In this document: piece after piece, positions 54,520 to 63,084 of the stretch
Position numbering within the stretch: the first letter of the stretch is position 1
Layout of the letters: the number at the start of each line of letters is the position of its first letter
Virus record (IMG/VR): IMGVR_UViG_3300037047_000246
Origin: a virus
Lineage: Duplodnaviria; Caudoviricetes
Reading direction: 5' to 3' (one strand)
Length of the DNA stretch: 64,000 nucleotides
Notes under the pieces: generated by a model
Databases searched by the model: none
What the model saw: the letters and a program-made list of their open reading frames with translations, nothing else
Told to the model about the DNA's origin: nothing
Position numbers and translations under genes: made by a program

Positions 54520-54720
54520 ATGGAAAAAGATTACCCCGTCGTTCTGATCAAATGCCGCCGAGGCCAAGACGCGGCGACTTCCGGCCAAGAGTGTGGCAGC
54601 AATCAGGCCTACAATTTGGCCAACCACGGCGACTTCGTGGTCAAGTTCAAATGCGTCAAGTGCGGCTACATTTGGTCCACACCTGTCGGCGGTTCCATGA
54701 ACCTTCCGCCCGGCGTTTAA
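54520..54720 (+). CDS. zinc-ribbon protein
   Basis: C-x12-CGSNQAY..FKCVKCGYIWS. Confidence 0.7.
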   Translation: MEKDYPVVLIKCRRGQDAATSGQECGSNQAYNLANHGDFVVKFKCVKCGYIWSTPVGGSMNLPPGV

Positions 54721-54960
54721 ATGATCGCGCTTTGCCCCAAATGTGCCAAGCCCATGGAGCCGCTTGGGCAAGTGAACCGCATGGCGTGCTTTAGCTGCCG
54801 ATGTATCTTCGATGTTAGAATAACAGTAGACATCGAAGAGGTTTTCAGCAGTGACAAAGACGCCAACTTTGACGCGGACAGAGCAGTTCGAGGAGCTTCG
54901 CCGCCTAATCTTTTGCCCGCCGACTGCAGCCGTGTTGACGGGGCCAGAGAAGACGGGTAA
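54721..54960 (+). CDS. zinc-ribbon protein
   Basis: CPKC..CFSC; overlaps the holB-like start. Confidence 0.55.
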   Translation: MIALCPKCAKPMEPLGQVNRMACFSCRCIFDVRITVDIEEVFSSDKDANFDADRAVRGASPPNLLPADCSRVDGAREDG

Positions 54961-55624
54961 ATGGCGCACCGCTGTGCAGGTGTCGGAGTTTGCAGGCCTT
55001 AGTGACGTCCTGCAAGTCGACGGGTCCATAGATGGAGCGCGTCAAGCGGCTTCATTTTTGAAGTCCATGCCGCTTGACGGCGTTGTGAGATTGGTCGTGG
55101 TAGACGGCCGGTCCGGCATATCAGAACCTGCGCAGGACGCCTACCTGAAAACTTGCGAAGAGACGCCAGAATTTGCCTCAATTCTGTTCGTGGCGGAAGA
55201 CGCGAACTTGCTGCGGCCCGCGCTGCTGTCTCGCTTGACCGTGCTGCATTGGTCTGCTGCCACCGCGGACGAGGTGCGCGCAACGACAGAAGTTGACGAC
55301 TTCGTTGCGACTATGTTGCGAGGAAGGACTGAACTTTGCCAGACTGCGACTAAAAATGCTGTCGCGCTGCGCGCACTGTACGACGCTGCAATTGACCTGG
55401 CGAACAGCTCACTAGACCTGACCAGGGCGCCGTCCATGCTGACCGAGTGGTCCAAACTGGACGATGACTGCAAGAAAGCAGCCATTTTGGCGTGCGAAGC
55501 TGCGGCCGCGCATGCGCTAGAAGCACCGCGTTTGACGTCTCTGCTTCTTTTTGTAGACGTGCTTAGGACCTGCCCGTCTGCAAATGTTGAAGTCCATTGG
55601 TGGCGAGCCTGCATGGCGGTGTAA
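54851..55624 (+). CDS. holB: DNA polymerase III delta-prime-like clamp-loader subunit
   Basis: VLTGPEKTGK; IDGAR; VVVD..ISEPAQDAYLKTCEE; LLRPALLSR. Confidence 0.8.
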   Translation: MTKTPTLTRTEQFEELRRLIFCPPTAAVLTGPEKTGKWRTAVQVSEFAGLSDVLQVDGSIDGARQAASFLKSMPLDGVVRLVVVDGRSGISEPAQDAYLKTCEETPEFASILFVAEDANLLRPALLSRLTVLHWSAATADEVRATTEVDDFVATMLRGRTELCQTATKNAVALRALYDAAIDLANSSLDLTRAPSMLTEWSKLDDDCKKAAILACEAAAAHALEAPRLTSLLLFVDVLRTCPSANVEVHWWRACMAV

Positions 55625-56556
55625 TGTGCTTTGCGGTGAGCACTTTAATCATTGTTAACGGGGACGACGACTTCCTGAAAGAGCGTGCAGCTCTTGACGA
55701 GTCGGCTATGAGTCTGGCGCCTTCTGTTCAGCATTTTTCGCTGAAGAGCGACGCTGAAAAGTATGCCGAGTGGCTTGACATGATTCCGATCGGAGGCGTC
55801 TGCACTTTGGTGCTGTGGGATGCTACAGAAGTGCCGGATTTGCCGTCTGACGGCACTGTCGTTTTGGTTGCCGCAAAAGGCAAAACCATTCACAGTGCAC
55901 GTGCTAAGCGCGAAGTCGAAGTCAAAAAACCCAAGCCGTACGACGACGGAGCAGAGTACGTGCGATGGATTCTGAAGGAAGGCGAGCGGCTTAACATAGA
56001 TCTAAGCATGATTGCCGTCGCACTTTTTTGGAACTGTGGGACGGACCTACGGAAGATATGCTCAGAGATCACGAAGATCAAAGTGCTGGTGGGTCCCGGA
56101 GGCACCGCTGAACCATCTTTGGCTCGGCGCGTCATGTGCTTTTCCGCTGAACTAACCCCTAAACATGTTATCGATGCTGTGTGTGAAGGTCATCCAGCTA
56201 AAGCCATCGCCTTCTACGATAGGCTGCAAGAAGGGGGATGCGAGACGGGATGGATAATAGCATACATGCAGCGTCATGCTATTCAGCAGTTACGTGCGGA
56301 GCTGTTGCTGAAGTCCGGGCACACGGTGGAGCAGGTGGCCGCTGCTTTCGGCTCACATCCGGCGTTCGTGAGGAGTAACATCCTTCCTAAGCTTGGTCTG
56401 TGGAGCATTTCTTCTTTGCGCTTTAGCCTTGACACCCTGTGCAGTCTTGATCTGAAGCACAAGCGCGGCACAGATGTTTCTCGATGGGGACTGGAACCAG
56501 AAATCATACGTTTGTCCGAGGAGGCCAAACACAATGTCACAAGTCGTCGAAGTTGA
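55624..56556 (+). CDS. holA: DNA polymerase III delta-like clamp-loader subunit
   Basis: IIVNGDDDFLKE; GTDLRKICSEITK; VIDAV..AKAI..YDRL..IAYMQR; LCSLDLKHK. Confidence 0.8.
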   Translation: MCFAVSTLIIVNGDDDFLKERAALDESAMSLAPSVQHFSLKSDAEKYAEWLDMIPIGGVCTLVLWDATEVPDLPSDGTVVLVAAKGKTIHSARAKREVEVKKPKPYDDGAEYVRWILKEGERLNIDLSMIAVALFWNCGTDLRKICSEITKIKVLVGPGGTAEPSLARRVMCFSAELTPKHVIDAVCEGHPAKAIAFYDRLQEGGCETGWIIAYMQRHAIQQLRAELLLKSGHTVEQVAAAFGSHPAFVRSNILPKLGLWSISSLRFSLDTLCSLDLKHKRGTDVSRWGLEPEIIRLSEEAKHNVTSRRS

Positions 56557-59305
56557 GCGTTGCAATGTTGTTGAGCTGCAGCGTCCGACCGCAGCAAAGG
56601 AAGCTGAGTCCGCTGGCCGTTGGACCAGATTTTTCACAAAGGAAGAAGTACACCCTTTTGACGAAATCCGGTGGAAGATTACCGATGCCAGGATAGTCAG
56701 CTCTGACGGCGTTGTCGTGTTTGAGCAGCTCGGAGTTGAGGTGCCTGATTGGTGGAGCGTCAACACGATCAACATCGTTGCTGACAAATACTTCCGGGTG
56801 ATTGATGGAGAGAAAGAAAACTCCGTCAAGCAAATGATCTTTCGAGTTGCGGTAGTCATGCGTAAGTGGGCTGCGGAGCAGGGTTATTTCAACTCTGATC
56901 ACGACGCCCAAGTCTATGAAGACGAACTGTGCTACGTGCTTCTGCACCAGTACGGAGCATTCAACTCGCCCGTCTGGTTCAACATCGGAGTGCCTGGTCG
57001 CAAGCAACAAGCCTCCGCTTGTTTCATTTCTAGCGTCGACGACACGCTTGACGCCATCATGGAGTTTCAGAAATCTGAAGTCAAAATTTTCGCTGGCGGT
57101 TCTGGTTCTGGCGGAAACTTGTCCAACTTGCGCTCGTCTTGGGAACGTCTGTCGTCTGGTTCATATGTGTCTGGCACGCTGGCATGGATGGAGGGCTTCG
57201 ACAAATTCGCCAAGGCCATGAAGTCCGGCGGCAGCACGCGCAACGCGGCCAAGATCATTGTGCTGGATATGGACCACCCAGACATCCTTGAAACAAAGGA
57301 CGGCCGCCCCGGATTTATTCGTTGCAAAGCGGCCTCGGAGAAAATTGCCCAGGACCTGGCTGCTCTGGGCTACGGCGTGGCCTACGACGATCCAAATTCA
57401 GTTTACAAGCTTGTGCCGTTCCAGAACGCCAACCATTCGGTCAGCGTCGACGATGCCTTCATGAAAGCTGTGGTCGACGACAAAGAATGGTGCACTGTGG
57501 AACGCACGACAGGCAAGGTTGTGCACACTTACAAAGCGCGCGACATGTGGCGCGAAGTGGCAGAAGCTGCTTGGACTTGCGGCGATCCAGGCATTCAGTT
57601 CACAGATACGATCAACGATTGGCATACCACTCCAGCTGCCGGTCGCATTCGTTCAAGTAACCCGTGTGCTGAATATCTCAACATAGACAACACAGCTTGC
57701 AACCTGGCGGCTATCAATCTGACAAAATTCTTTGACGGCCGAAAATTGGCGACAGACCGCTTGGCGCATGTGGTGCGTGTGCTAGTGACGGCGCAAAATG
57801 CCATAATTGCCATGGCCGAGTATCCGACGCAGGCTATCGCTGACAACTCGATCAAGCTGCGACCGATCGGGCTGAACTATGGCAACCTTGGGTCGCTCAT
57901 CATGAAGCTCGGATATGGCTACAATTCGGACGAGGGGCGGGCTGTTGCTGCTCGCACAGCGAGCTTGATGACAGGCATGGCGTATGTGGCGGCAGCAAAG
58001 TTGGCTTCCCGCATCGGTGCCTTCCCTGCTTTCCATGACAACAGGGAGCCCATGCTTGGCGTCATTGCTAAACATGCCGCTGCTGATGCCGACGTTTGCC
58101 AGCGCTGGAGTTTGCATCATGACCCGCTGGGGAAAGACGTCAAATCGTGCAGTGCATCCATATGGCGCGAAGCGCTAGAGCTCGGCCGCAAATATGGCTA
58201 CTCGGTGTCTCAAACTACGCTGCAGGCGCCGCTCGGCACGCTGTCGTTTTTGATGGAGATGGACACGACTGGCGTCGAGCCCATGTTCTCTCTGGTTACC
58301 TACAAATCTCTGGTCGGCGGCGGGGCGCTCAAACTGGTGAACTCGGCAGTGCTAGGTGCTCTGGAAGGTCTAGGGTACTCTAAGTCGCAGATTGAAGTCA
58401 TCTGCAAGTACATTGAGACCAATGACTACATAGAGGGAGCGCCTGGCCTCAATCCAAAGCATCTGCCTGTGTTCGACGGCGCCATGGCTTGCGGCCCCTC
58501 TGGCAGACACTTGTCTCCGATGGCGCATGTGGATATGTTGGCGGCCATCCAACCGCTCATCACTTGCTCCATCAGCAAAACTGTCAACCTAGCTAAAAAC
58601 ACCACTCCAGAGGAAATCGCCGACATTTACCTGCAGGCTTGGAAGCTCGGGGTCAAGTGCATCGCACTGTATCGGGACGGCAGCAAGATGTCGCAGCCTC
58701 TCGTAACAAAGACTTCTGAAGCTCCCACCGTGTCAATCGCGCCTCCTAGCGAGGAGGCGACACGACGCCGGCATCTGCCCGCGGATTTGGAAGGACACCG
58801 GCATCGGTTCACCATGGGCGGCTGCAAAGGGTATATCATGATGAACGAATACCCGGACGGCAGTTTGGGCGAGGTGTTCTTGCGTCTCGGCAAGACCGGC
58901 ACGACAATGGCTGGATTTATCGATGGGTTCACGCAGCTGCTTAGCATTTCTCTTCAGTATGGCGTGCCGCTAGACAAGATGATCCGATCGTTCGTGCATA
59001 CGAAGTTCGAACCGTCTGGGTTTACAGACAATCCGCAGATCCGGTTCGCCGACAGTCTGTTCGATTACCTGTTCAAACTGCTCGACATACGATATTTCGA
59101 AGGTCGCAACTCAGGCTTGGCAGACAAACTTGCGGCGATGGCATCTGAATCCGAGGACGCCGGCTCGCTGCCGCCGGTGTCCATGCCGGCTCCTGAACCG
59201 GTCAACGTCAGCGCCCCCATCTGTCCCAACTGCGGCAGCATGACGCGCCGGGTCGGCACCTGCCACCTGTGTGCGACGTGTGGAACAAGCACTGGATGCA
59301 GCTGA
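56534..59305 (+). CDS. nrdJ: class II (B12-dependent) ribonucleotide reductase with TSCPD and Zn-ribbon tail
   Basis: FNSPVWFN; QASACFI; GSGSGGN; GGSTRNAAK; SNPCAEY; NTACNLAAINL; QAPLGT; SISKTVN; LYRDGSK; CPNCG..CATCG. Confidence 0.95.
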   Translation: MSQVVEVERCNVVELQRPTAAKEAESAGRWTRFFTKEEVHPFDEIRWKITDARIVSSDGVVVFEQLGVEVPDWWSVNTINIVADKYFRVIDGEKENSVKQMIFRVAVVMRKWAAEQGYFNSDHDAQVYEDELCYVLLHQYGAFNSPVWFNIGVPGRKQQASACFISSVDDTLDAIMEFQKSEVKIFAGGSGSGGNLSNLRSSWERLSSGSYVSGTLAWMEGFDKFAKAMKSGGSTRNAAKIIVLDMDHPDILETKDGRPGFIRCKAASEKIAQDLAALGYGVAYDDPNSVYKLVPFQNANHSVSVDDAFMKAVVDDKEWCTVERTTGKVVHTYKARDMWREVAEAAWTCGDPGIQFTDTINDWHTTPAAGRIRSSNPCAEYLNIDNTACNLAAINLTKFFDGRKLATDRLAHVVRVLVTAQNAIIAMAEYPTQAIADNSIKLRPIGLNYGNLGSLIMKLGYGYNSDEGRAVAARTASLMTGMAYVAAAKLASRIGAFPAFHDNREPMLGVIAKHAAADADVCQRWSLHHDPLGKDVKSCSASIWREALELGRKYGYSVSQTTLQAPLGTLSFLMEMDTTGVEPMFSLVTYKSLVGGGALKLVNSAVLGALEGLGYSKSQIEVICKYIETNDYIEGAPGLNPKHLPVFDGAMACGPSGRHLSPMAHVDMLAAIQPLITCSISKTVNLAKNTTPEEIADIYLQAWKLGVKCIALYRDGSKMSQPLVTKTSEAPTVSIAPPSEEATRRRHLPADLEGHRHRFTMGGCKGYIMMNEYPDGSLGEVFLRLGKTGTTMAGFIDGFTQLLSISLQYGVPLDKMIRSFVHTKFEPSGFTDNPQIRFADSLFDYLFKLLDIRYFEGRNSGLADKLAAMASESEDAGSLPPVSMPAPEPVNVSAPICPNCGSMTRRVGTCHLCATCGTSTGCS

Positions 59306-60954
59306 CCCTACGGGACCTTTGGACCGAGGCGCAGTGGGGTAAACTGCGCCTCGTTCCTCCTTTTCCTGATTGGAGTGCCAAATCACACAACAAAGCATTG
59401 TGGCAATGCGAGTGTGGCCGGCGCAAGCAGATCATAACCCAAAATGTGACTAGCGGAAGGACAACCTCCTGCGGACAGTGTTCAGTCCTGTCTGCAGAAT
59501 ACTGGACTGCGACCAAGTTCGGCCACTTGCGCATGCAGACGCCTCAAGATATGCATCCGAAATCTTCTCGGAAAGTGGCTTGGCTGTGTGACTGCGGGCG
59601 TAGCAAGCTCATCGTGGTGCACAGCGTAGTCAACGGCGCCACTGTGCGATGCGGCCAGTGCAACGTTGTGGACCCTGGCCTGGCGCAGTTTGGGCTGTGG
59701 ACAGTGTCGCTGACCGGCAACGAGACTCAAAGCAGTGATGCGAAAATTCAGGCTCGATGCCGGTGCGGCCTGCAGTCTGAGGTTCGTTTAGCTGACCTCA
59801 CATCAGGCAAATCTAAAAGCTGTGGTCGGTGTTTTGAACGCGCCATGCAGTGGTATGAAGATCACCGAGATCAACTGCGTCAACTGCGCCTTCCATTTCC
59901 GCCAGATGCCTTGCCGAGCGGGTGGATCGTGGCCCGGTCGGCGGTTGTGCGTAGCAGCGTGCCGTTTGACGCTGAGTGCGGGGCCTGCGGTCGCTCGTAC
60001 AGGCCAACGTGGAACAATATTAGACAAGGCAAATCGCTAACTTGTGGCTGCGTTTCATCAAGAGTGTCGCATGGCCATAAACGACTAGCGGACTTCATAG
60101 TGTCGCTTGGTTTTGATGTTGAAGTGGAACACGCTATTGGCGGGCTAAAATTCGACGTTGTGGTGCCTAGTGCGCGCCTGGCGATTGAATTCCAGGGGCT
60201 CCACTGGCATTCTGCAGAGGGGTCGCAGACGAGGGACTTTAAAAAATTTGCTTTGGCCAGGAGCCTTGGTTACGGCGTAATATGTTTATATGAAGACGAA
60301 TGGCACGAGCATCGGCATAAAATCGAGAACTTGTTGCGCAGCCGGCTCGGTGTGAGCCGACCCGTCAGGTGGCGCGGATCCAAGTGCACGGTGTCTTGCG
60401 TATCGAGTGCGGACGCGGATGCCTTTCATGACAGTTACCACTATATTGGAGCCGCCCGATGTCCAGTCAACTACGGGGTGTTCGTTGAAGGAAACCTCGT
60501 TGCTTGCGCTTCTTTCAGGCGTCCAACCCGCCAGTCCAAATATCAGTACGAACTGGCGAGAATGTCCTCCTGCCCAAATATCACGGTGCATGGCGCATGG
60601 TCCAAGGTGATGCAAGCTTTTGCTTTTGACCACAAGCCCGAATCCGTCGTATCATTCTCTGACGATCGGTTATTTGACGGGCTCGTGTATGGCAAGATCG
60701 GATTTCGGCGCGACGGGAAAGTGAAGCCGGACTATTACTGGACTGACGGGAAGCGACGTTGGCATAAATCGTCGATGCGCAAGCGTGGTACTGAGCGCAC
60801 AAGTGGCAAGACAGAGGGGCAACTCAGGTCTGCCGTCGGTTTGTGCAAAATTTGGGACTTGGGTAAAACGAGGTGGGTATGGCCGCACACTTCCAATTCA
60901 GTGGTAAAGGAAGCTGACAGACGAGGAGATGGCCGCGGTCGTTCCCATGTCTAA
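59296..60954 (+). CDS. putative homing endonuclease: repeated CxCG..SCG Zn ribbons, DUF559-like nuclease, GNAT (Hef/Mom-like) domain
   Basis: WQCECGR..SGRTTSCGQC repeats; FDVVVPSARLAIEFQGLHWHS; HYIG..YELARM..SFSDDRLFDG.VY..GF..PDYYW. Confidence 0.85.
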   Translation: MQLTLRDLWTEAQWGKLRLVPPFPDWSAKSHNKALWQCECGRRKQIITQNVTSGRTTSCGQCSVLSAEYWTATKFGHLRMQTPQDMHPKSSRKVAWLCDCGRSKLIVVHSVVNGATVRCGQCNVVDPGLAQFGLWTVSLTGNETQSSDAKIQARCRCGLQSEVRLADLTSGKSKSCGRCFERAMQWYEDHRDQLRQLRLPFPPDALPSGWIVARSAVVRSSVPFDAECGACGRSYRPTWNNIRQGKSLTCGCVSSRVSHGHKRLADFIVSLGFDVEVEHAIGGLKFDVVVPSARLAIEFQGLHWHSAEGSQTRDFKKFALARSLGYGVICLYEDEWHEHRHKIENLLRSRLGVSRPVRWRGSKCTVSCVSSADADAFHDSYHYIGAARCPVNYGVFVEGNLVACASFRRPTRQSKYQYELARMSSCPNITVHGAWSKVMQAFAFDHKPESVVSFSDDRLFDGLVYGKIGFRRDGKVKPDYYWTDGKRRWHKSSMRKRGTERTSGKTEGQLRSAVGLCKIWDLGKTRWVWPHTSNSVVKEADRRGDGRGRSHV

Positions 60955-61023
60955 AGACGAACTGACCTAGCCTTGGAGCAAGGCCGGCGAGATCGTTACG
61001 TACTGAGAGGGCCTAAGAGACCT

Positions 61024-61296
61024 ATGAAAAGCGCATGGATTTTGTTTACCATGGCAGCGTGCGGCTACGACGGAGCAGTGCTGCCTCCTCAAGCTCCGAT
61101 GCAGTCCCGTTCGATGCAAGAGATCGACGGCACTTTCGAGGTGGAATGCCGATTCGGCATATCGGCGTGTGAGAATCAGGCCGCAGCGAGGTGTAAGTAT
61201 GCCGGGTACCGCATTGTCAGCAGTTATCGCACAATCGGGCCGCTTGGTCCGTATTGGTACGCCAAGATGGCCTGCGGTAAGGACGAATCTGATTGA
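61024..61296 (+). CDS. small lipoprotein-like protein
   Basis: MKSAWILFTMAAC lipobox-like; three further Cys. Confidence 0.6.
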   Translation: MKSAWILFTMAACGYDGAVLPPQAPMQSRSMQEIDGTFEVECRFGISACENQAAARCKYAGYRIVSSYRTIGPLGPYWYAKMACGKDESD

Positions 61297-61339
61297 CCAA
61301 AGGGGACCGGTTGATTAGTAAACATTGCCACTTCGTGAT

Positions 61340-61356
61340 GGACGAGTGACTCGTCC
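61340..61356. promoter_or_regulatory. 7-bp inverted repeat, possible operator
   Basis: GGACGAG-TGA-CTCGTCC, 15 bp upstream of the HTH gene. Confidence 0.4.
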
Positions 61357-61371
61357 TGGTAAAATAACTGG

Positions 61372-61572
61372 ATGGAAATCACTGAGCAAGACCGCAGCAT
61401 AATTGAGCTGATGAAGGTGCACAGGTCCCTCAAGGTGATTTCCAGGACCTTGCATTTGACTGAAGGCAGAGTGAAGCACAGGCTGTTTCGCGCCGCCAGG
61501 ATACTCAGGGACGGAGGGGATGTTCCATCTGCTGAGGCTTTGGAAAAACTATTTGCCTTGTCTGGACTGTAG
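61372..61572 (+). CDS. LuxR/sigma4-type HTH protein
   Basis: ITEQDRSIIELM..SLKVISRTLHLTEGRVKHRL. Confidence 0.7.
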   Translation: MEITEQDRSIIELMKVHRSLKVISRTLHLTEGRVKHRLFRAARILRDGGDVPSAEALEKLFALSGL

Positions 61573-61581
61573 AGTGTACGC

Positions 61582-61836
61582 ATGGAAGACAACGAAAGAG
61601 ACAGGTTCGACTGCGGCTACGACGCCGGCACAATCGTCGACGGCATAGTGCAGCAGGATCCCGGTACCAAGCAGTACATTCTGGTAGACGAAGATGGCAA
61701 AGCTTTCAATCCGCAGCGCGTGCTCGAAACCCTCGTTGGCAAGAGGGTACGGATGACAATGGTGTCATTCGAAGCCATGGAAAATCTTGAGCGCATGTAC
61801 GAAGCGGCTCAAGCGGCCATGGGCAAGCCGGACTGA
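61582..61836 (+). CDS. hypothetical protein
   Basis: 84 aa. Confidence 0.65.
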   Translation: MEDNERDRFDCGYDAGTIVDGIVQQDPGTKQYILVDEDGKAFNPQRVLETLVGKRVRMTMVSFEAMENLERMYEAAQAAMGKPD

Positions 61837-61947
61837 TGTTGACTGAGGATTAGGACCATCTTGCTGATAAGGGGTCCCACTTGGACTGCCATGCGTCGCT
61901 CCTGGCAGACCAAACCTTCTGGCGGTGAGTTTTTTCAGGCGGCTTGC

Positions 61948-63063
61948 TTATGTGGTTTCCAGGTCGAGATTTGCCGCCAGGTAAGGAATGACGTCGTTCC
62001 TGCGCTCTACCAACACTCTGCATCCGCGGAACAATTTGAGCTCGGTGAACATTTTGAGATTGTGCAGAGACACGCTCTCTATGGTGACTCCTCCGATATG
62101 GACTGGCTCGACTTTAGCTACCGGGCAGACACGTCCGGTGGGGCCTACTTGCCACACCACGTCCAAGACCCTGGTTTCCGCTTTTTCCGACTCGAATTTC
62201 CAAGCGATCTGACCAAGTGGACACTTGTCGACATGACCAAGCTCTTCAAGCAGCTTCATGTCGTCCACTGAGACCACCATGCCGTCGATGTCGTAGGCCA
62301 CGGAGGAGCGCCAGGCCGCAGATTTATCAAATTCTTCCACGATGAGCTCGACAGTACCTTGGCAGATAGGCGGCACTTTGAATCCTAGGCGCTCTAGCCA
62401 GCTGAACACTAGCACCATGGAGTCGGGGCGTTCTTCAGCTTGAGCCCAATATGCTACGAACTCCAAATCTTCGCACGCGGCGCCCGCTCCTTTCTTCTCC
62501 CGCATTTTGGCTGCCGCCGTGTTGCGCGGGTTGGCATACTTCGCCGCATATTTGTTCTGAAACATGGACCGGAGCATGACCGCTTCGCCGCGCACTGTGG
62601 CGTCGATCTCAGCAAGTTTGCCATCCAACTCTAGTCTGTGCGGCACTGACGGAATGCGCCGCACATTGGTGGTCACGTCTTCTCCAACTATGCCGTCGCC
62701 GCGAGTGACCCCTCGAACAAGCTTTCCGCCTCTATACACTAGCTCAAGAGACGCTCCGTCTATCTTGTGGGTCATGACGAAGGCGCCGGTCGCTCCTGTC
62801 TTGGCTGCCCAGCCGCGGAATTCTTCAGCGCAGTGCACTTTGCTGAGCGACCCCATCAGGATTTCGTGGCGGACCTTTTCCCAGACGGAGACTGATGGAG
62901 GGGCGGCTCCTACTGCACGAGTTTCAAAGTGCTCCGGGCATATTTGCCGAAGTCTGTCTCTGGCTTCGTCGTACTCGTGATCAGGGACCAGCGGGTCCAA
63001 GTTGTAGTACGCTTGTCTCCACAAAGATAATTTGGCAGCAAGTTTTTTGGCTTCTTCGTCCAT
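61948..63063 (-). CDS. ligA: NAD+-dependent DNA ligase, domain Ia + adenylation + OB only
   Basis: YY..DPLVPDHEYD; MGSLSK; KIDG; TRGDG..GEDVT; RGE; NPRNTAA; IDGMV; AWKF; WQVGPTGRVCP; SLHN; RRNDVIP, then stop. Confidence 0.9.
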   Translation of the reverse strand: MDEEAKKLAAKLSLWRQAYYNLDPLVPDHEYDEARDRLRQICPEHFETRAVGAAPPSVSVWEKVRHEILMGSLSKVHCAEEFRGWAAKTGATGAFVMTHKIDGASLELVYRGGKLVRGVTRGDGIVGEDVTTNVRRIPSVPHRLELDGKLAEIDATVRGEAVMLRSMFQNKYAAKYANPRNTAAAKMREKKGAGAACEDLEFVAYWAQAEERPDSMVLVFSWLERLGFKVPPICQGTVELIVEEFDKSAAWRSSVAYDIDGMVVSVDDMKLLEELGHVDKCPLGQIAWKFESEKAETRVLDVVWQVGPTGRVCPVAKVEPVHIGGVTIESVSLHNLKMFTELKLFRGCRVLVERRNDVIPYLAANLDLETT

Positions 63064-63084
63064 GGAACAAAATACAGTTGGCAA

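Noticed and set aside
56534-59305. Intron or intein in nrdJ
   Set aside because: The frame is continuous, the NPCAE and CNL motifs are uninterrupted, and no intein splice motifs were seen.
12166-61363. GTAAA as a late-promoter core (12166, 20139, 31892, 34376, 41098, 51002, 61318, 61359)
   Set aside because: A 5-mer at very variable distance from start codons, expected in AT-rich intergenic pockets; needs an enrichment test or TSS data.
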